64,000 nt of DNA from contig OX597824.1 of assembly GCA_951406725.2 (NCBI GenBank), positions 99,572,001 through 99,636,000 of the forward strand, read 5' to 3'. The notes below the pieces were generated by a model. The model was not told the origin of the DNA, ran no database searches, and was given only the letters and a program-made list of their open reading frames with translations. Made by a program: the position numbers and the translations under genes. This DNA is from Octopus vulgaris (taxonomy: Eukaryota). This document shows, in pieces, positions 11,090 to 24,464 of the stretch. The number at the start of each line of letters is the position of its first letter. Position 1 is the stretch's first letter.

Positions 11090-12625
11090 GGATTGGCTGA
11101 TGAAAGGGACCCTAAAAAAAGAGTCTGAGAGCACTATACTGGCAGTGCAAGACCAAACTTTGGCCACGAACTGGAAGATTAACCTTAGAAGTGAGCAAGT
11201 GTCTCTGCTGTGCCGCATCTGCAATAGAGTGGATGAAACCATTGCCCATATTACGAATGTATACCTTAGACTTGCCCAAAACTACTACAAGTTGTGGCGA
11301 CATAACCAGGCAGCAAAAGTGCTACATTGGAAACTGTGCAAAAAGTGAGGGCTAGAGAGAAGCAAGATGTGATATGTGCACAAACTGCAGAGAGTGGCGG
11401 AGTTGGAGACTAGAAAAATACTCTGGGATTTCCCAATCCAAACAGATCAGTTGCTAGAGCATAACAGACTGGAACTAGTGGTGGTGGACAAGATGCATCA
11501 CATGTTCTATACAGTTGATGTTGCATGCGCCTTTGACCCACGAATAGTCAAGAGGAAAAGTGAAAAGATAGATACAACCCTCCCAAATATGAAATAGCCT
11601 GGCTATGGAAAATGAAGAAAGTGAAGATAGTGCCAATTATTGTTGGGACCTTGGGAACAGTATCAGAAGGCATGAAGAGGAATATAAAGGAAATTGGAAT
11701 ACACTGGGAGTTGTGCAAAAAGTATGGGCTAGAATGTTCTAACAAGTGGTTTGAGCACCAACCTTTACCAGTAGCAGAAAGTGATTAGGTGAGGAGTCTT
11801 ACATGGGATGTGCCAATGTACACAGACAAAAAGCTGCAACATAACCAACCGGATATCACTCTTCTACAGAAGGAGTGTAAAGAATGGACCTTCACCAATG
11901 TAGCTCTACTTGCAGACCAGCATATTGTGAAGAGAGAGGATGAGAAAGTTGGGAAGCACCAAGACCTAGCATTGGAAGTGAAACCCATCCATAGAGCCTC
12001 AGAAGTGAGTGTGGTACTGATTGTGATTGGGGCACTTGGGACCATCTCAAAGAAAGCAATATTGTGACATCAAAAGCTGAAAATACCAAACTTCATAACA
12101 AGTAATAATCAGTTGGTAGCAACACTTGGCACAGCTCGTGTTTTGGGGAAAGTGTTCTGTCTCTAAGCTGCAGGATGGAGCAGAGATGAGATATCAGAAG
12201 TTAAGTGAATAAATTAATGATGATGATGATCATAATAATAATAACAATAATGATAATAATAATAATAATAATAATGATAATAATAATACCAGTGATCGTA
12301 GGAGCACTAGGAATGATCAAGAAGGGAACAGAAAATTATATGAGAATGATCCCTGGCTTACCATCCCTGCAAGAAGTGCAAAAGATTGTCTTAACTGGTA
12401 CATCACACGTATTGAGAAGAGCATTGTTGATGTGAGAACTGTTGCTGCTCATGTATTTTAATTTAACTTAAAAAAAAAAAAATGAACGAACTATTGAGTT
12501 TGGTTTAATGGCCTACCAATGTATACTATGAGTTTCTTTGCCCTAGGAGTTGGGAAGACACTCGGCAAGAAATGGAAGCAAATTTGAAAGAAGAAAAAAA
12601 AATAGTAACAATAATAATAATAATG
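11090..12625 (+). mobile_element. Cluster of three R4/Dong-like (RLE-endonuclease) LINE 3' fragments
   Basis: CRICNRVDETIAHI...RHNQAAKVLHWKLCKK...WDFPIQTD; WDVPMYTDKKLQHNQPDI...IVIGALGTI; IPVIVGALGMIKKG...QEVQKIVLTGTSHVLRRAL; (TAA)n before and after the third piece. Confidence 0.85.
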
Positions 12626-13049
12626 ATATTTTTTTATTGGTCACAAGGTATTGACAAAACAAAGATGTATTGTCCTCAGATTTATGCTTCCCCAGCTCCA
12701 CCAACACAACTGGGATTTACATTAAATAAATAAAAGCAACAAAAGCTAAATGTAAAAGAAGATTTCAATAAGAAAAGGAGAAAGAAAGCTGCAAGGATGT
12801 CTGGGTAAAGAAAATCGGTTCAAAACCATAAACTGACAAAGGAAATAATGTTGTAGCTGAGTCTTCGACAATGCAACAGTTGAAAATCTTTTAGTTACTC
12901 TGAAGGTAATGAAACCAGCTACAGAAGAAGAGCAGAAAGTATATTCCAAAGACCAGCTTTCCACCATTTAACAGAGTATTAAATTGATGTTAAGAGATCA
13001 ACATCAGGCTGGTGGTGGTGGTGGTGGTGGTTTTTGAGGGGGAGTACGA

Positions 13050-13852
13050 AGAAGTGACATTGCTGTGTTTACTTTGCAAGTTGTGAAATTTGTGTTTTTG
13101 GGATCACGTGTCTGATGTATTCTGTGACTTTTGTATGAACAGGAAACTGGATCAAAAATCCAATGTGGGATGTTGTGTTAAACTTGGGAAGTCTGCTACA
13201 GAGACATTGAGCATACTTTGGCAAGCTTATGGTAACGAGGCAATGGATCATATGCAATGTTTTGAGTGGCAGAGGCACTTCAAGAGCAGAGCAATGTCCC
13301 TGGAAGACAATGAGTGATCTGAAAGATTTGCCACAAGCGTCACCCCTGGAAATGTGGAGAAAGTTTATGAGTTTGTGTATGAGAATCATTGGAAGACAGT
13401 CAATGATGTTTTGAAGCTTTTGAAGAGAAGACATTTGATGAAAGTGACCGTATCTGCAGAGCATGAAGAATTGGATTCCTCATGACAACATGTACCTTGA
13501 CACTGAGCTCTCTTCACTCATGAGTTTCTCACCAAAAACAACAACATATTGCTTCCATACCTGCCCTATTCACCAGATTTTGCACCTGCAATTTTTCCAT
13601 CTCTTCCCCAAGATGAAAATGCAGCTCAAAGGTCACCGTTTTTGAGATCCAGAGTGAATTACAGAAGGTCCTCAACTCACTTACAGAAAATGATTTCCAG
13701 GCTGGATTCCAAAAGAGGCAGGAGTGCTGGGACTGGGGTATTGTTGTGCAAGGTGACTATCTCGCAGAAAATGATGTTTAAAACTTAGGTAAACAAGTTG
13801 TTTTTTTTTTATTAAACATAGCTAGTTTAGCGACTTTTTGGTTCTACCCTGT
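13050..13852 (+). mobile_element. Degenerate mariner transposon
   Basis: CVKLGKSATETLSILWQAYGNEAM...FEWQRHFK HTH and LPYSPDFAP (YSPDLAP) motif; stops and frameshifts. Confidence 0.85.
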
Positions 13853-14544
13853 ATTATAACTAATGAAATAATTTCTGTAAATAGAAAAAAAGAGGTAAAA
13901 ATTGTTTGGTATGTGTCACAATACCTTTTTTTCGTGTGTTTGTTTTCCCTAATTTTAGAACTTGGCTATGTCTCTGATCCCTACCTCACATTCACACTTT
14001 CTCTCTCCTCCTCCTCCTTGTCTGTCTATATCACTTCTACTTCTCCTCCACTCTAACCTCGTCTCTCCTACTCCTTCAATACCCCTGCTACATCTTCCCT
14101 CCTCCAATTCCTTTCTTCCCAGTACTTCATCCTATTGACAATCCAAGCATGCCCTCACATTCAGCTGCAATTGACTGAACAAGTTTACATCAATTTGGAG
14201 GACCTATAAAGGTCAGACTCTGTCTCCCACACAAGACATAAGGATAAACTGAACCTATGTATATATTTGTGGAGTTGAACTGTGTTAAGCACAGTCAGGA
14301 TGGACTACCAAGGTGTGAACCCTGGCCATAAGTTCTGTTGTCTGATAGACAACAGACTAAAGAAGGAGGAATTTAAAGCTACAGAATGTTTTTTTTATTG
14401 TTAACGTCACTCTCTATTAATGTAATATGGCTTTAGAATCACCAATAAATACAGACCCTACATTTGTAATGTCAAACACAAAAACAACGGTGGACTTCTG
14501 CAGATTAAATTAATATTTACTGGTACACTGGTACATTGGAGATT

Positions 14545-15640
14545 AAATAACATATTGGCACCCAACCCTCTGTGCAAATCGCGAATTATGAAAAATTTAT
14601 GAACAGTAAGATATCTGCATCATGTTCTGCGTGCATAAAGTAAAATATTAAAAATATATGACCAATCAAGCACACACATGGCTGTGCGGTAAGAAGCTTG
14701 CTTCTCAACCACACAGTTCCAGGTTCCGTCCCACTGTATAGCACCTTGGGCAAGTGTCTTCTATTATAGACTCAGTCCAATAAAAACCTTGTGAGTAGAT
14801 TTGGTAGACAGAAACTGAAGGAAGCATGTCATACATATATATGTATATATCTGTGTGTGTGTGTCTGTATGTCTGTGTTTGTCCCCACCAATCACTGCTT
14901 GACAGCCGGTGATGGTGTGTTTACATGTCCGTAACTTAGCGGCTTGGTAAAAGAGAGCAATAGAATAAGTACCAAGCTTTAAAAATAAGACCTGGGGTTG
15001 ATTTGTTCAACTAAAATCCTTGAAGGTGGTGCTCTAGCATGGCCACAGTCAAACAACTGAAACAAATAAGAGAATAAAAGAACAAAATATTTGGACCCTG
15101 TTCTGTGTGCACACACCAAAATTTTAAAAATATATGAATAAAAACATATTCACACCTTGTTCAGGGTAAACTATGGGAATTTCAAAAAATAGATGTCCCT
15201 TAACATATCTGCACCCTCATCTCTGTGTACCCAGTGAATAATGAAAAATATGATCAATAATATCTCTGTGCACTCTGTGAAATATTTAGATTATATGAAG
15301 AATAACAGGTATGCAGCCTGTTCATTATACACCGTGTGACTGATTAAAACCAGATGAACAGTAATGCACCTTGTTCAATATGCATGCTTTCCTCTATGCA
15401 TCCTGTAAATTATTAAAAATATATATTAACTCCCCCCCCCCCCCACATATCTGAACTCTGATCTGTGCACCTTGGGAAGCATTAAGTATATTTGAATGGT
15501 AATTGATCTGGACCCTATTCTCTGAGCACTCTGTGATGTATTAAAACTATGCATGAGTAATAAAATATCCATTCCTTGTTCTGTATGCTACCCGGGAATT
15601 ATAAATGTACATGAATAATAACATATATGCACCCAGATCT
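14545..15640. repeat. Degenerate minisatellite of about 60 bp, interrupted by a SINE
   Basis: Recurring atatctgcacc.tgttct.tgtgcac.ctgtgaa.tattaaaaatatatgaataataac units; orphan unit near 16108-16165. Confidence 0.7.
14675..15085 (+). mobile_element. tRNA-derived CORE-like SINE; partial copies at 5735-5885, 16343-16505, 32850-33010, 47180-47300
   Basis: A-box-like tggctgtgcggtaaga, B-box-like ggttccgtccca, core accttgggcaagtg, internal (TA/TG)n and 3' part ending actgaaacaaataaga. Confidence 0.75.
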
Positions 15641-16576
15641 GTCTGTCTGTCTATCTATCTTTTTTTAAACCATTAGACTTTAAAACTTTAAAACCTTAAA
15701 ACTTTGAAATTACATAACTTCATAACTCTAAAGATTTTTTAAAAATTTCTGTGACGTATAGAGAATTTTCTGAGAATTCTTGAATTTTATGAATGTTTTT
15801 GAATTCCTGAAACTTTTTGGTAATGTTTGCATTGTCCCAAAAACTTCTTCTTTGAGAACTTTTGAAGTTTATGTAATCTATTAAAATCTCACTCATTCAC
15901 ACTGACTCATCTTTTCATGTTTTCATTTTCTCAATTTTTACCTCTTCATTTTCTCCTGTCTTGTTCATAAGTGATTTTGACTTCTCTTAACTTAGAGTTC
16001 CCTGTTTTATTCAGATACAATACTTCACTCTCCTCTTTTACCTTCCAAACCTCTCCTACTAATGGCGTTACCTTGCTGTCTTTCTATACTAGAACATTGA
16101 CAATAACATATCGGCACCCTGTCCTCTCTGCACCTTGTGACTTATTCAAAGCAGATGAACATTAAGAAAATTGTATCAAAAAAACCACAACACAGAAAAT
16201 TCCTAGATTATAATTTGGTTTTGAAAATTATTGAGTTGGAATTTAAAATATTGAGTTTATTTGCGGCCTAAATTACTCAATGATATAAACGATTGATTGA
16301 AAAGATTCTAATTATAAGATTGTTTACTACTTTTAATGAGGAGTGGTCATGACATTTGGGTTAAAAGCTTGCTTGGTAACCAAATGGTTTTGGGTTCAGT
16401 CCCACTGTATGGTACTTTGGGTAAGTGTCTTCTACTATAGTTATGGGCCTACTATTGCTTTGTTATTGAATTTTGTAGATGGAAATACTTGGAAGCTAAT
16501 TATATATGTATGTGTAGCAATATTGCTATCCCCACTGTTTGGGAAACACTTCAGTGTTTGTTGGATGTAACTAAAC

Positions 16577-16667
16577 TCCACGACACTCACTCCTTTGAGA
16601 CATTGGTGATTTTTCATGCCATCCACGACACTCACTCCTTTGAGACATTGGTGATTTTTCATGCCAT
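16577..16667. repeat. Perfect 45-bp tandem duplication
   Basis: Unit beginning tccacgacactcactcctttgagacattggtga occurs twice, starting at 16577 and 16622. Confidence 0.95.
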
Positions 16668-17499
16668 GTCCAAGGAAAAGTATATTTTCTAGTTAGTTTG
16701 TTTACAGTTAATGCAACGCTACTTATTATGTTTCTTATTTGGAAATAGATAAAATTTTTGGCTTTTAAAGTAAGGATGTATATAATGATAAAACCGTCAC
16801 TTATAACTTACTTAAGTGTTATCATTATACACAAATCCGAACAACAGCTATATAAACGCCATAGAGAAATATACTTTCTGGAATGCTAATGAACATTAGC
16901 GAGAATGTATGTTGAATATATTTTTGTGTTCTTTTAACCGCTATAAGAAAATACAATTTAATAATTACAGAAATACATTTTATATATAGTTGAAGAATGT
17001 GAAGAAAGAGAAAACATTTTCTTAATTAATTTTTATTATATACATATAGCATATTTATATTATATACATTGTAAAGAAAAGTAAATTTTGTCGTAGAGAA
17101 TTACGACTATATTTTAACTATCTAATTTCTCATTCTAGCTAATATTAAATCTCAACATGTGTAAGACATGGACACGTGTAATAAGGATTCCCTTTAAAAT
17201 CCATGAATGGGGAATGCAGCAACAGAAACGGGGGCTTGTGGAAATGTGTGTTGCAATGCAGTATAGGATTTATGAATTTCCATTCAAAAGTTCTTGTTAT
17301 TACAACACACGCGTGCATGCATGCATGTTTGTGTGACCGTGTGTTAGTTGTTTGGCAAAAGAAATAGATATAAGAAGTACCAGATGGTGTTTAGTTGTCC
17401 TATTAAAACACTTCAAAAACAGTGTCCCAACATGGATGCAGTCCAATGATTGAAAAAAGTAAAATATAAATAATGATAAATAAATAAATAAAATTATTC

Positions 17500-20340
17500 T
17501 GATGATACAAGGACAAATTTCAAATAGATTTTCAGGACCTCAAAGTAAGGAAAGCTACAGGAACCTGGGCTGTTTTTCCCCCTTTTTATTTTAATTTTTC
17601 ACATCCACTGGCCAGCTGATTTCCACTATTATTATCCATAGTCTCTCTTCTCTGTCCCAAATCATTATGCTAAGTCTATTATGTTTACATTTTATTGAGG
17701 TTTACGTTAGGACATTCCAACAATACTCCTTATTACGAGTGGCTGTAGCTTCTATCATACTGCGGGTTCTTATTTCTTTGGCCTCAGGGTTATCTTCTGA
17801 TGGATCTCATTATCCAATGTCCCTGCTACAACATCATGTCTCATCGGTAGATAATACCACAATGACAGTTTTGGAAACTACTCATGATGCAGGTGATATC
17901 TTCGGTGTTAACTCCACAATGTCTGCATTAGTTATCACATTTTTGTGTTTTCCCTGTGTCTCTGTCCCTTTTATGCATCAGGTATTTGATTGATATTTTC
18001 TGTTCCTGGATTGCAAACACATACCCTTCAAAGTGGGAGGTAGTAATCCGGTTGTTGGTCCATGATAGACTGCTTTGATGATCAATGTTACTATCATCCC
18101 AGAGCCTTCTACTAACATATCCACACATGGTCTTCTATAATAATAATAATAATAATAATTGTGTACAGTGCTCAGGTGCACTACAACTCATCTAAAGTGT
18201 ATATATAATCAGGTGTAGTTTCGGCGGATTTCGGAAAGCATGAGGGCCTTAAAAGATGCAGTGTCATGGCAGTCAACAACTGACGCAGGCAGTTTATTCC
18301 ATGCTTCAGCAATTCTGAGCGTGAAAAAATGTTTCCGAAAGTCATGGGAGCTGTATTGTTTTCTGACTTTGTAGGCATGTCCACGTGTGTTAGACACATG
18401 GAGATCAAAAAGGTGTTCAGTGTTGTTGTTGGTGAGGTGGTTGATAACTTTGTGGGTGTTTACCAAGTCCGTCGCCAAACGCCGGAGCTTCAGTGAATCC
18501 ATGCCCAGGGAAACAAGGCGCTCAGAATATGGTAGGTGTCTGATGGAGGGTATGCGTTTGGTTGCACGTCTCTGGACAGATTCCAGGAGGTCAATGTTCT
18601 GTGCAAGATAGGGGTTCCAAACTGATGATGCGAATTCCAAGTGTGGTCGTACCATAGCTGTATACAGTTTTAAATAGATGGCTGATCATATATGCTCATC
18701 TTTCTGTCTGATGATATATTGTGGTAGAGTCGTGTGACTTCTTTGAGCCTGTTTTCAAGGTTATCAGACAAGGAATGCTACTCAGGGAGCTGCTTTCCAA
18801 GTCTCGTGGTGTTATCTGCCTCATGTATGCAAACTTGGTCAAGGGATGCACTTCAACATTTAGTGGTTAAGAGATGTTACTGAAGGGATATGACATTCAA
18901 AAGCAATCTAGATTGATGTTAAGCCTCTGCTCCGTTGCTTTCATTTTAGGCAGAGATGGTCTACATTGCTGTTGATGCAGAAATTATATGTGCTGGTTAG
19001 TATCTTCTTTGCTTTCACATCAGTAGCTCAGATCTAATCAAGTGTCCAACCAAGCAACACAAATATTGGTATGAGCACTGGTACTGCAAACATATTGTGG
19101 GTCACTGTTTTATTGAATGCACAGTGTTCCAATGTACATTTTTCTTTATCCGGCTATAATATTCTTTAGTGATATGTCTTGTTATGGGTGCCATTGTAAG
19201 ATATGTTTTCATCTACCCTTAGGTACCTGTAACATTCCTCATCAGATGCTGCTTGCCTGGTTTAAGGTCTTGACTCTTTTTCACAACCATATAGCAACAT
19301 TTATCCTGACCAGACTGAAACCCTATGTCCTTTGAGAGTGTTGCAACCAAGTCAAAGCTCTTTTTCATCTTATGCATATTATTGGCATATATTTTCAAGT
19401 CGTTTTGTGTAATTTTGGTTTAAGAGGTTTACAGAAAATATACACATCATCACAGAGAGGTTGACCCCTTGGAATATATCTCTGTGATACTATATTTTCT
19501 CAGTGGTGATACAATCATTCTTTGTATTTAACCTCAAGATGGTGGCCCATGATGAAGTCAGGTTAGTTATGGCTTTGACTATGCTCACTGGAACTTTAGC
19601 AAGTTGAAGGGCTTCTAACATTCATGTGTGGGGAACAAAGTCAAAGGCTTTCTTCTAGCATAGCCACATTGAAACTAAGTTTCCCACACCTCTGACACTA
19701 CAGTTTTGTTTATCAACAATTGCTCAACCCATCCCCAGACTCCCTTCTTCTCAGCTGCTTGTTCTGCTGTGATGATGTTATTACTTTCACAACGGTCTTG
19801 GAGGAAGACGTTTAAACATACTGTATATATTTTATGCCATAAGTTCTGGCATGCAATTGACTGGTAGTTTTTGGCCATGTGGGTGGTTCTACTTTTGTGG
19901 ATCAGCTTTGTCCCTACTAGAGCTAACCAGTCTGGTATGCTACTATTTCCACTGATAGCTTGCTTGTACAGGCTGATAAGATATGGTCAGTAGAAGGTTA
20001 GCTTCTTGAACCAATATCCAACAATCAAGTCTCTTTCAAGGGCTTTTCCATCCTGAAGTTTCTGGATTACAGTCATAAGGTTATCATCATCAATGTTGTA
20101 TGTCATGGGTGTAATGCAGCAACAATAGTTACTTTGAGCTTCTTCCAGCCACAGAGCATCTTAGTTAAACTCTCTCTCTTCACTCTAGATTTTTCTCCGG
20201 AAGGAGTCTATGTCTTCTCATGAAGGAGCTGCTATTATATTTACTGCTTCTCCTCTCATGTCCCTATACACTTCTGTTCAGTTTGAGTTAAAATTTTCGT
20301 TTATTACTTTTCTTTCAGTTATTCTCCTCTGATGTCAGAG
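17500..20340 (-). mobile_element. Degenerate R4/Dong-like LINE (RT to RLE), interrupted by a CR1-like insertion
   Basis: YQSIACQNLWHKIYT...EQAAEKKGVWGWVEQLLINK, KAFDFVPH, and FEGYVFAIQEQKI...CRHC motifs. Confidence 0.75.
18138..18685 (-). mobile_element. CR1-like LINE 3' end with (TTA)n tail
   Basis: Uninterrupted VRPHLEFASSVWNPY...LESVQRRATK...TRGH...FFTLRIAEAWNKLP; the same 3' tail recurs at about 33660-33716 (+). Confidence 0.9.
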
Positions 20341-20519
20341 TTTCTCATTTGCTCACTGATAGTGTTGAGTCCCTGATTGAGGGTGATCAGTCTGCAACTG
20401 TGTGGCCTCTTTTTACTATCGCCAAACATCACTTCTGTCTCCTTCATTTTTTTCTTGGTAAGATGTATAGTGATTTGCTTGTTTGCAAGGAATGTGTGTG
20501 CATGTGTGTGTATGCATGT

Positions 20520-20940
20520 ATGTATGCCATTATTCAGTTTTATTTCAAGATTTCTTGCCAATAGAGAAAGAGCCAGTTTCTGACATAGAATCAAGGCCCC
20601 TTCGTTGGAATTTCAACATCCACAGGGTATTTTTGTATTTATGTGCAGATTTGTATATGTTGTTTTATGAATGTATTCTTATACATATTGCTGCATATGT
20701 AGACATACTTGTATATACTTGAATGATCAACTTTTGGAAAGTTTTACAGATTTTTACAGTTCCAGTGATGGATTGGGTCTGTAATGTTCGAATTAGCTTT
20801 CTCCTGTCTGGTTTTGAGAAGCCTAATTTCTCAAGATTGGTACTTAGGCAGTGTGTTACATATCTCAGTGCCCCAATAATTATAGGTATAAACCTGAACT
20901 TGTAATCAGGTTAGAGTAACTGTAGATTCCTTAATAGTTC
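20520..20940 (-). mobile_element. RLE-type LINE 3' end plus 3' UTR; UTR copy also at 23925-24025
   Basis: ELLRNLQLL*PDYKFRFIPIIIGALRYV...TGTVKICKTF. Confidence 0.7.
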
Positions 20941-21037
20941 AATATATGTATGTATGTATGTATGTAATGATATGTATGTATGTATGTAATTTTTACAGTT
21001 TCAGTATGTAAGTATGTATGTAATGATATGTATTATG

Positions 21038-21600
21038 TCAGGTCACTTTCGAGTGCTACTGGTAACATGTAACCCAGTACAACCTGTTGCATGGTCGGGT
21101 CGTCGGCGGCTAAACCGGCAACCCCACCAAGCTTGCTTGGTGAGGAGGGTGTTTATTGGACACCCTGCAGGATGAAAAACAAAATCCGTCAAAGGGCGGA
21201 GGAACTCTTGAGAGTCAACGGCCATCCAATAAATGTCTTAAGGCTGTATCACGCATGGGGACATAGAAATAATCGGACTGAATATCCGATTGCGTGGTTA
21301 AACCATTGGGAGTGAAGGACTCCTAGCTTTTGTTAGGGCATCCTTCTAGGAGAAGGTAAGTCAGGTAACTGGGGTAACTCCGACATAAAACCTGCGGCTC
21401 AGTGGTTACCGATGATGTTGACTTGTTCTTCTTTTCGAATTATGGCTGCTGTTGCTTAGTGAGTGGGATTGACTCAGTGCACAGCCTTTCCTCACTTAAA
21501 AAAAAAATCTTGCACAGGCATTGCACGATAACAACATTAATTAAGCTTCGTGCAATGGCCATACTCGATAATGAGGGGGCAGCCACCATGTAATGATATG
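21038..21600 (+). mobile_element. Non-coding, CpG-rich retroelement, probably an RTE 5'/3' UTR bipartite non-autonomous element
   Basis: Contains ctaggagaaggt...actccga.ataaaacc (also at about 7205-7240, minus), a 3' hairpin, and the same TGTAATGATATGTATGTA repeat on both sides. Confidence 0.5.
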
Positions 21601-21602
21601 TA

Positions 21603-21642
<40 letters not shown>

Positions 21643-21704
21643 TATCTAATGATATGTATGTATGTATCTAATGATATGTATGTATGTAATGATATGTAAG
21701 TTTC

Positions 21705-22990
21705 TGTAAATAGAGGTGGGATTATACCAGAGCCTTTTAAGGTTAAATATGGTGTCAAACAAGGTGACTTTGTTGTTCCAACACTGTTCATGATCTTCCA
21801 CCCTCTGTGGTTCTCCTGCACACTTTCAGGGACTGCAATGAGGCTGTGTATGCACAATATTGAACACCAGGTTAGCTTTTCAACATTTGATGGAAGACTC
21901 TCCAGATTTTGGTGTACGATCTCTTGTATGCTGATGACTGTGACCTTGCACAGGCGATGCAAAACCTGATGGCTAGATATTCATACTCTTGCAAAGCCTT
22001 TGTCTTCATCATGAGCCTTGACAAAATTGCTGTAATGTACCAACCTGCACATGCATTGCTATATTTAGAGCCAACTCTCTATGTTGAAGGCCTCAAACTG
22101 ATAAGTTTACATACCTAGGTAGGACTATCAACTAATGTTGCTCTTTAGATGAGGTCACTACATGAATAAAACAGGTCACTGATGCTTTGCTACCTTGAAG
22201 GGTCATGCTTGGTCCCAAAGAGGCTTGAAAAATAACATCAAGTCAGCAATCTACAACACCAGTATACAGACATGCCAATTATTTTCTTGTGAAACATGGG
22301 TAGTTTACTACCATCACCCAAAAAACTGTTGAGTGTTTTCATCAGCAGTGTTTGAGAAACATGCTGGGCATCCTCTGGATAACTCATACCCCTGACACAC
22401 AGGTTTTAGAAAGAACCAATGCAGCAGCATCATATACATTGTGTTGGTCATATTGTACATCTTGATGACAGCAGAATTCCCAAGCAGATGTTGCATGGTG
22501 AACTGTCACAAGGCAGTTGATCACACCATAAGCCAAGAAAACAATTCAAGGTCAATTTTAAAAAGTCACTTGGAGTCTGTGAAAGGGAAGACATATGATG
22601 AGCTAGGAAAACCTCGAAGCAAAGTGTCTATGATGGAGTAGTACATTGCAGTGAAATGCAAACAAGTGGTCACACATATGAAGATCCACATGAAAAGAGA
22701 ATTTGGTTGACCCTACAGTTTCTCACCTTGTCTTAGAAGTCTGTGGCTACATATGTATGTCTTGCATAGGCTTTCTTGCTGGGGCCAGCCTCACATGTAC
22801 TGTCACCCAGAAAACGTATATAAATTGCTTGAGTTTATCTAGGCACATGAGGGTGCAGAGAGAAAATCATCAGAATCATCTGGAACAACCAAGAAATCAG
22901 AGGAATTTGTATGAATGTCAAACACTCAACAAGTTCTGTAAGTCGTTGGCAAACTTCAAGAGCTGTTGTTGTTCTCACAACATGTAATAA
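21705..22990 (+). mobile_element. Degenerate RTE-clade LINE (RT plus C-terminal Zn-finger relic)
   Basis: GVKQGDFVVPTLF, LLYADDCDL, ECQTLNKFCKSLANFKS. Confidence 0.8.
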
Positions 22991-23826
22991 GTCAACAGCC
23001 ATTATGTATATGCGTACAGGATGATCAAGGTAAATTTGACAGTTTGCATAAAAGGAAAAGAACACACGATATCAAAAAATTGAAGTATTTTATAGACATC
23101 AAAAATATATCAACTAGATTATGACTGAGAGATAACAGTTAGCTCAAAGTAGCTGCTCTCAGCTTCCACCAAAGTCTAAAGATGTCTCTGGAACCTGGCA
23201 TGTGCATTACTCACCATGTCACTAGGAAGATCAAATACCTCCTTGATCTTGGTCACCAAGTTGGCTGTAGTGTTGCAGAAAGAACTGCAGGTATCTCACC
23301 TATACCCTGCACACCGTAATCCATGGGGAATTAGTAGGCCAGAAATTGGGGCTGGTGAAATTGTAAAAATTCTCCAACAACCACTTCTGACTCTTTCTAG
23401 AGATCTGGCAAGAAAGCAAATCCTGCTGCCACGCATATGGCCTTCCAGCAGCAACCTTCTCCAGTCAGGGTTTGACCACAGTCTCCATAAGCCTCACATA
23501 GTATTCTGAATTGAGCCTAAGGTCCTGTTCAAAGATGTGGGGCAATATGAGATTACCATCATTGGAAACATACCCAAGGACTAGCACTTTTCTCCTGGCC
23601 ATGGCTTCATAGTCTCCATTGCAGCTGTCTCTCACAACTTACAACCTTCACATGTTCACAGGGCATTGAACAGCAATCATGATGTTGGCATTTTGATATC
23701 CAGCATGAATCATCATGATACAAAGATCTGTTAGTGGAATGAAGACAGCAAAAACAAATTTACATTTTTAACTTGAGAAAAGCCTCGCATATTTTTTTTT
23801 ATTGTTCCACTTAGAGATTGTATTTA

Positions 23827-23857
<31 letters not shown>

Positions 23858-24464
23858 ATATCTGTATGCATGCAGGTATGTATGTAGGTATGCATGTATA
23901 CATGTGTATATGTATGCATATCTATGTTTTTATTCAGGTTTGTTTCTAGATTTCTTGCCAATATTGAAAGTGCCAGTTTCTAATCTAGATCCAAGGCTCC
24001 TTCATTGGAAATTTAAATAAAATCAAGATATTTATGCATTTAGTGTGTATATGTTTAATATTTGGAGTCAGTGCATGTGTAGCTTTGTATGTTTGCTTTA
24101 TATATATTTATGTGTATAGTTGCATGTTCAGACATGCACACACATATATATGAGAGAGAGAGAGGATAATGATTATTTGCCAACATAACATTGGCAGCCC
24201 TGGTTAGGACAAATGTTACTGCTATTTAGTCTCAGGAAACATCGTCTTCAGCTGGCCATACAACACACTATCTGTGTCCTTACAGTTTTGAACAAGGGAG
24301 TTTAGCACCCTCACTCAGCACAAAGCAACATCTGTGCATCGAAACACAGATGTTGCTTTGTGCTGCCATGTTATGTTAGCAAATAATCTTTATTCTAGAG
24401 TACTGTTAATGAATGTCTCTTGTTGAGAGATTTACAAATAGTAATTTTCTATTTTATATATATA

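Noticed and set aside
14545-15640. Repeat array as possible CRISPR
   Set aside because: Eukaryotic context, degenerate units, no unique spacers, no cas genes.
20560-20620. CCAAYGA...GAAAC motif on the minus strand (also 23965-24012) resembling a hammerhead
   Set aside because: Core is CCAAYGA in both copies, stem II is poor and there is no NUH site after stem III; more simply a LINE 3' UTR.
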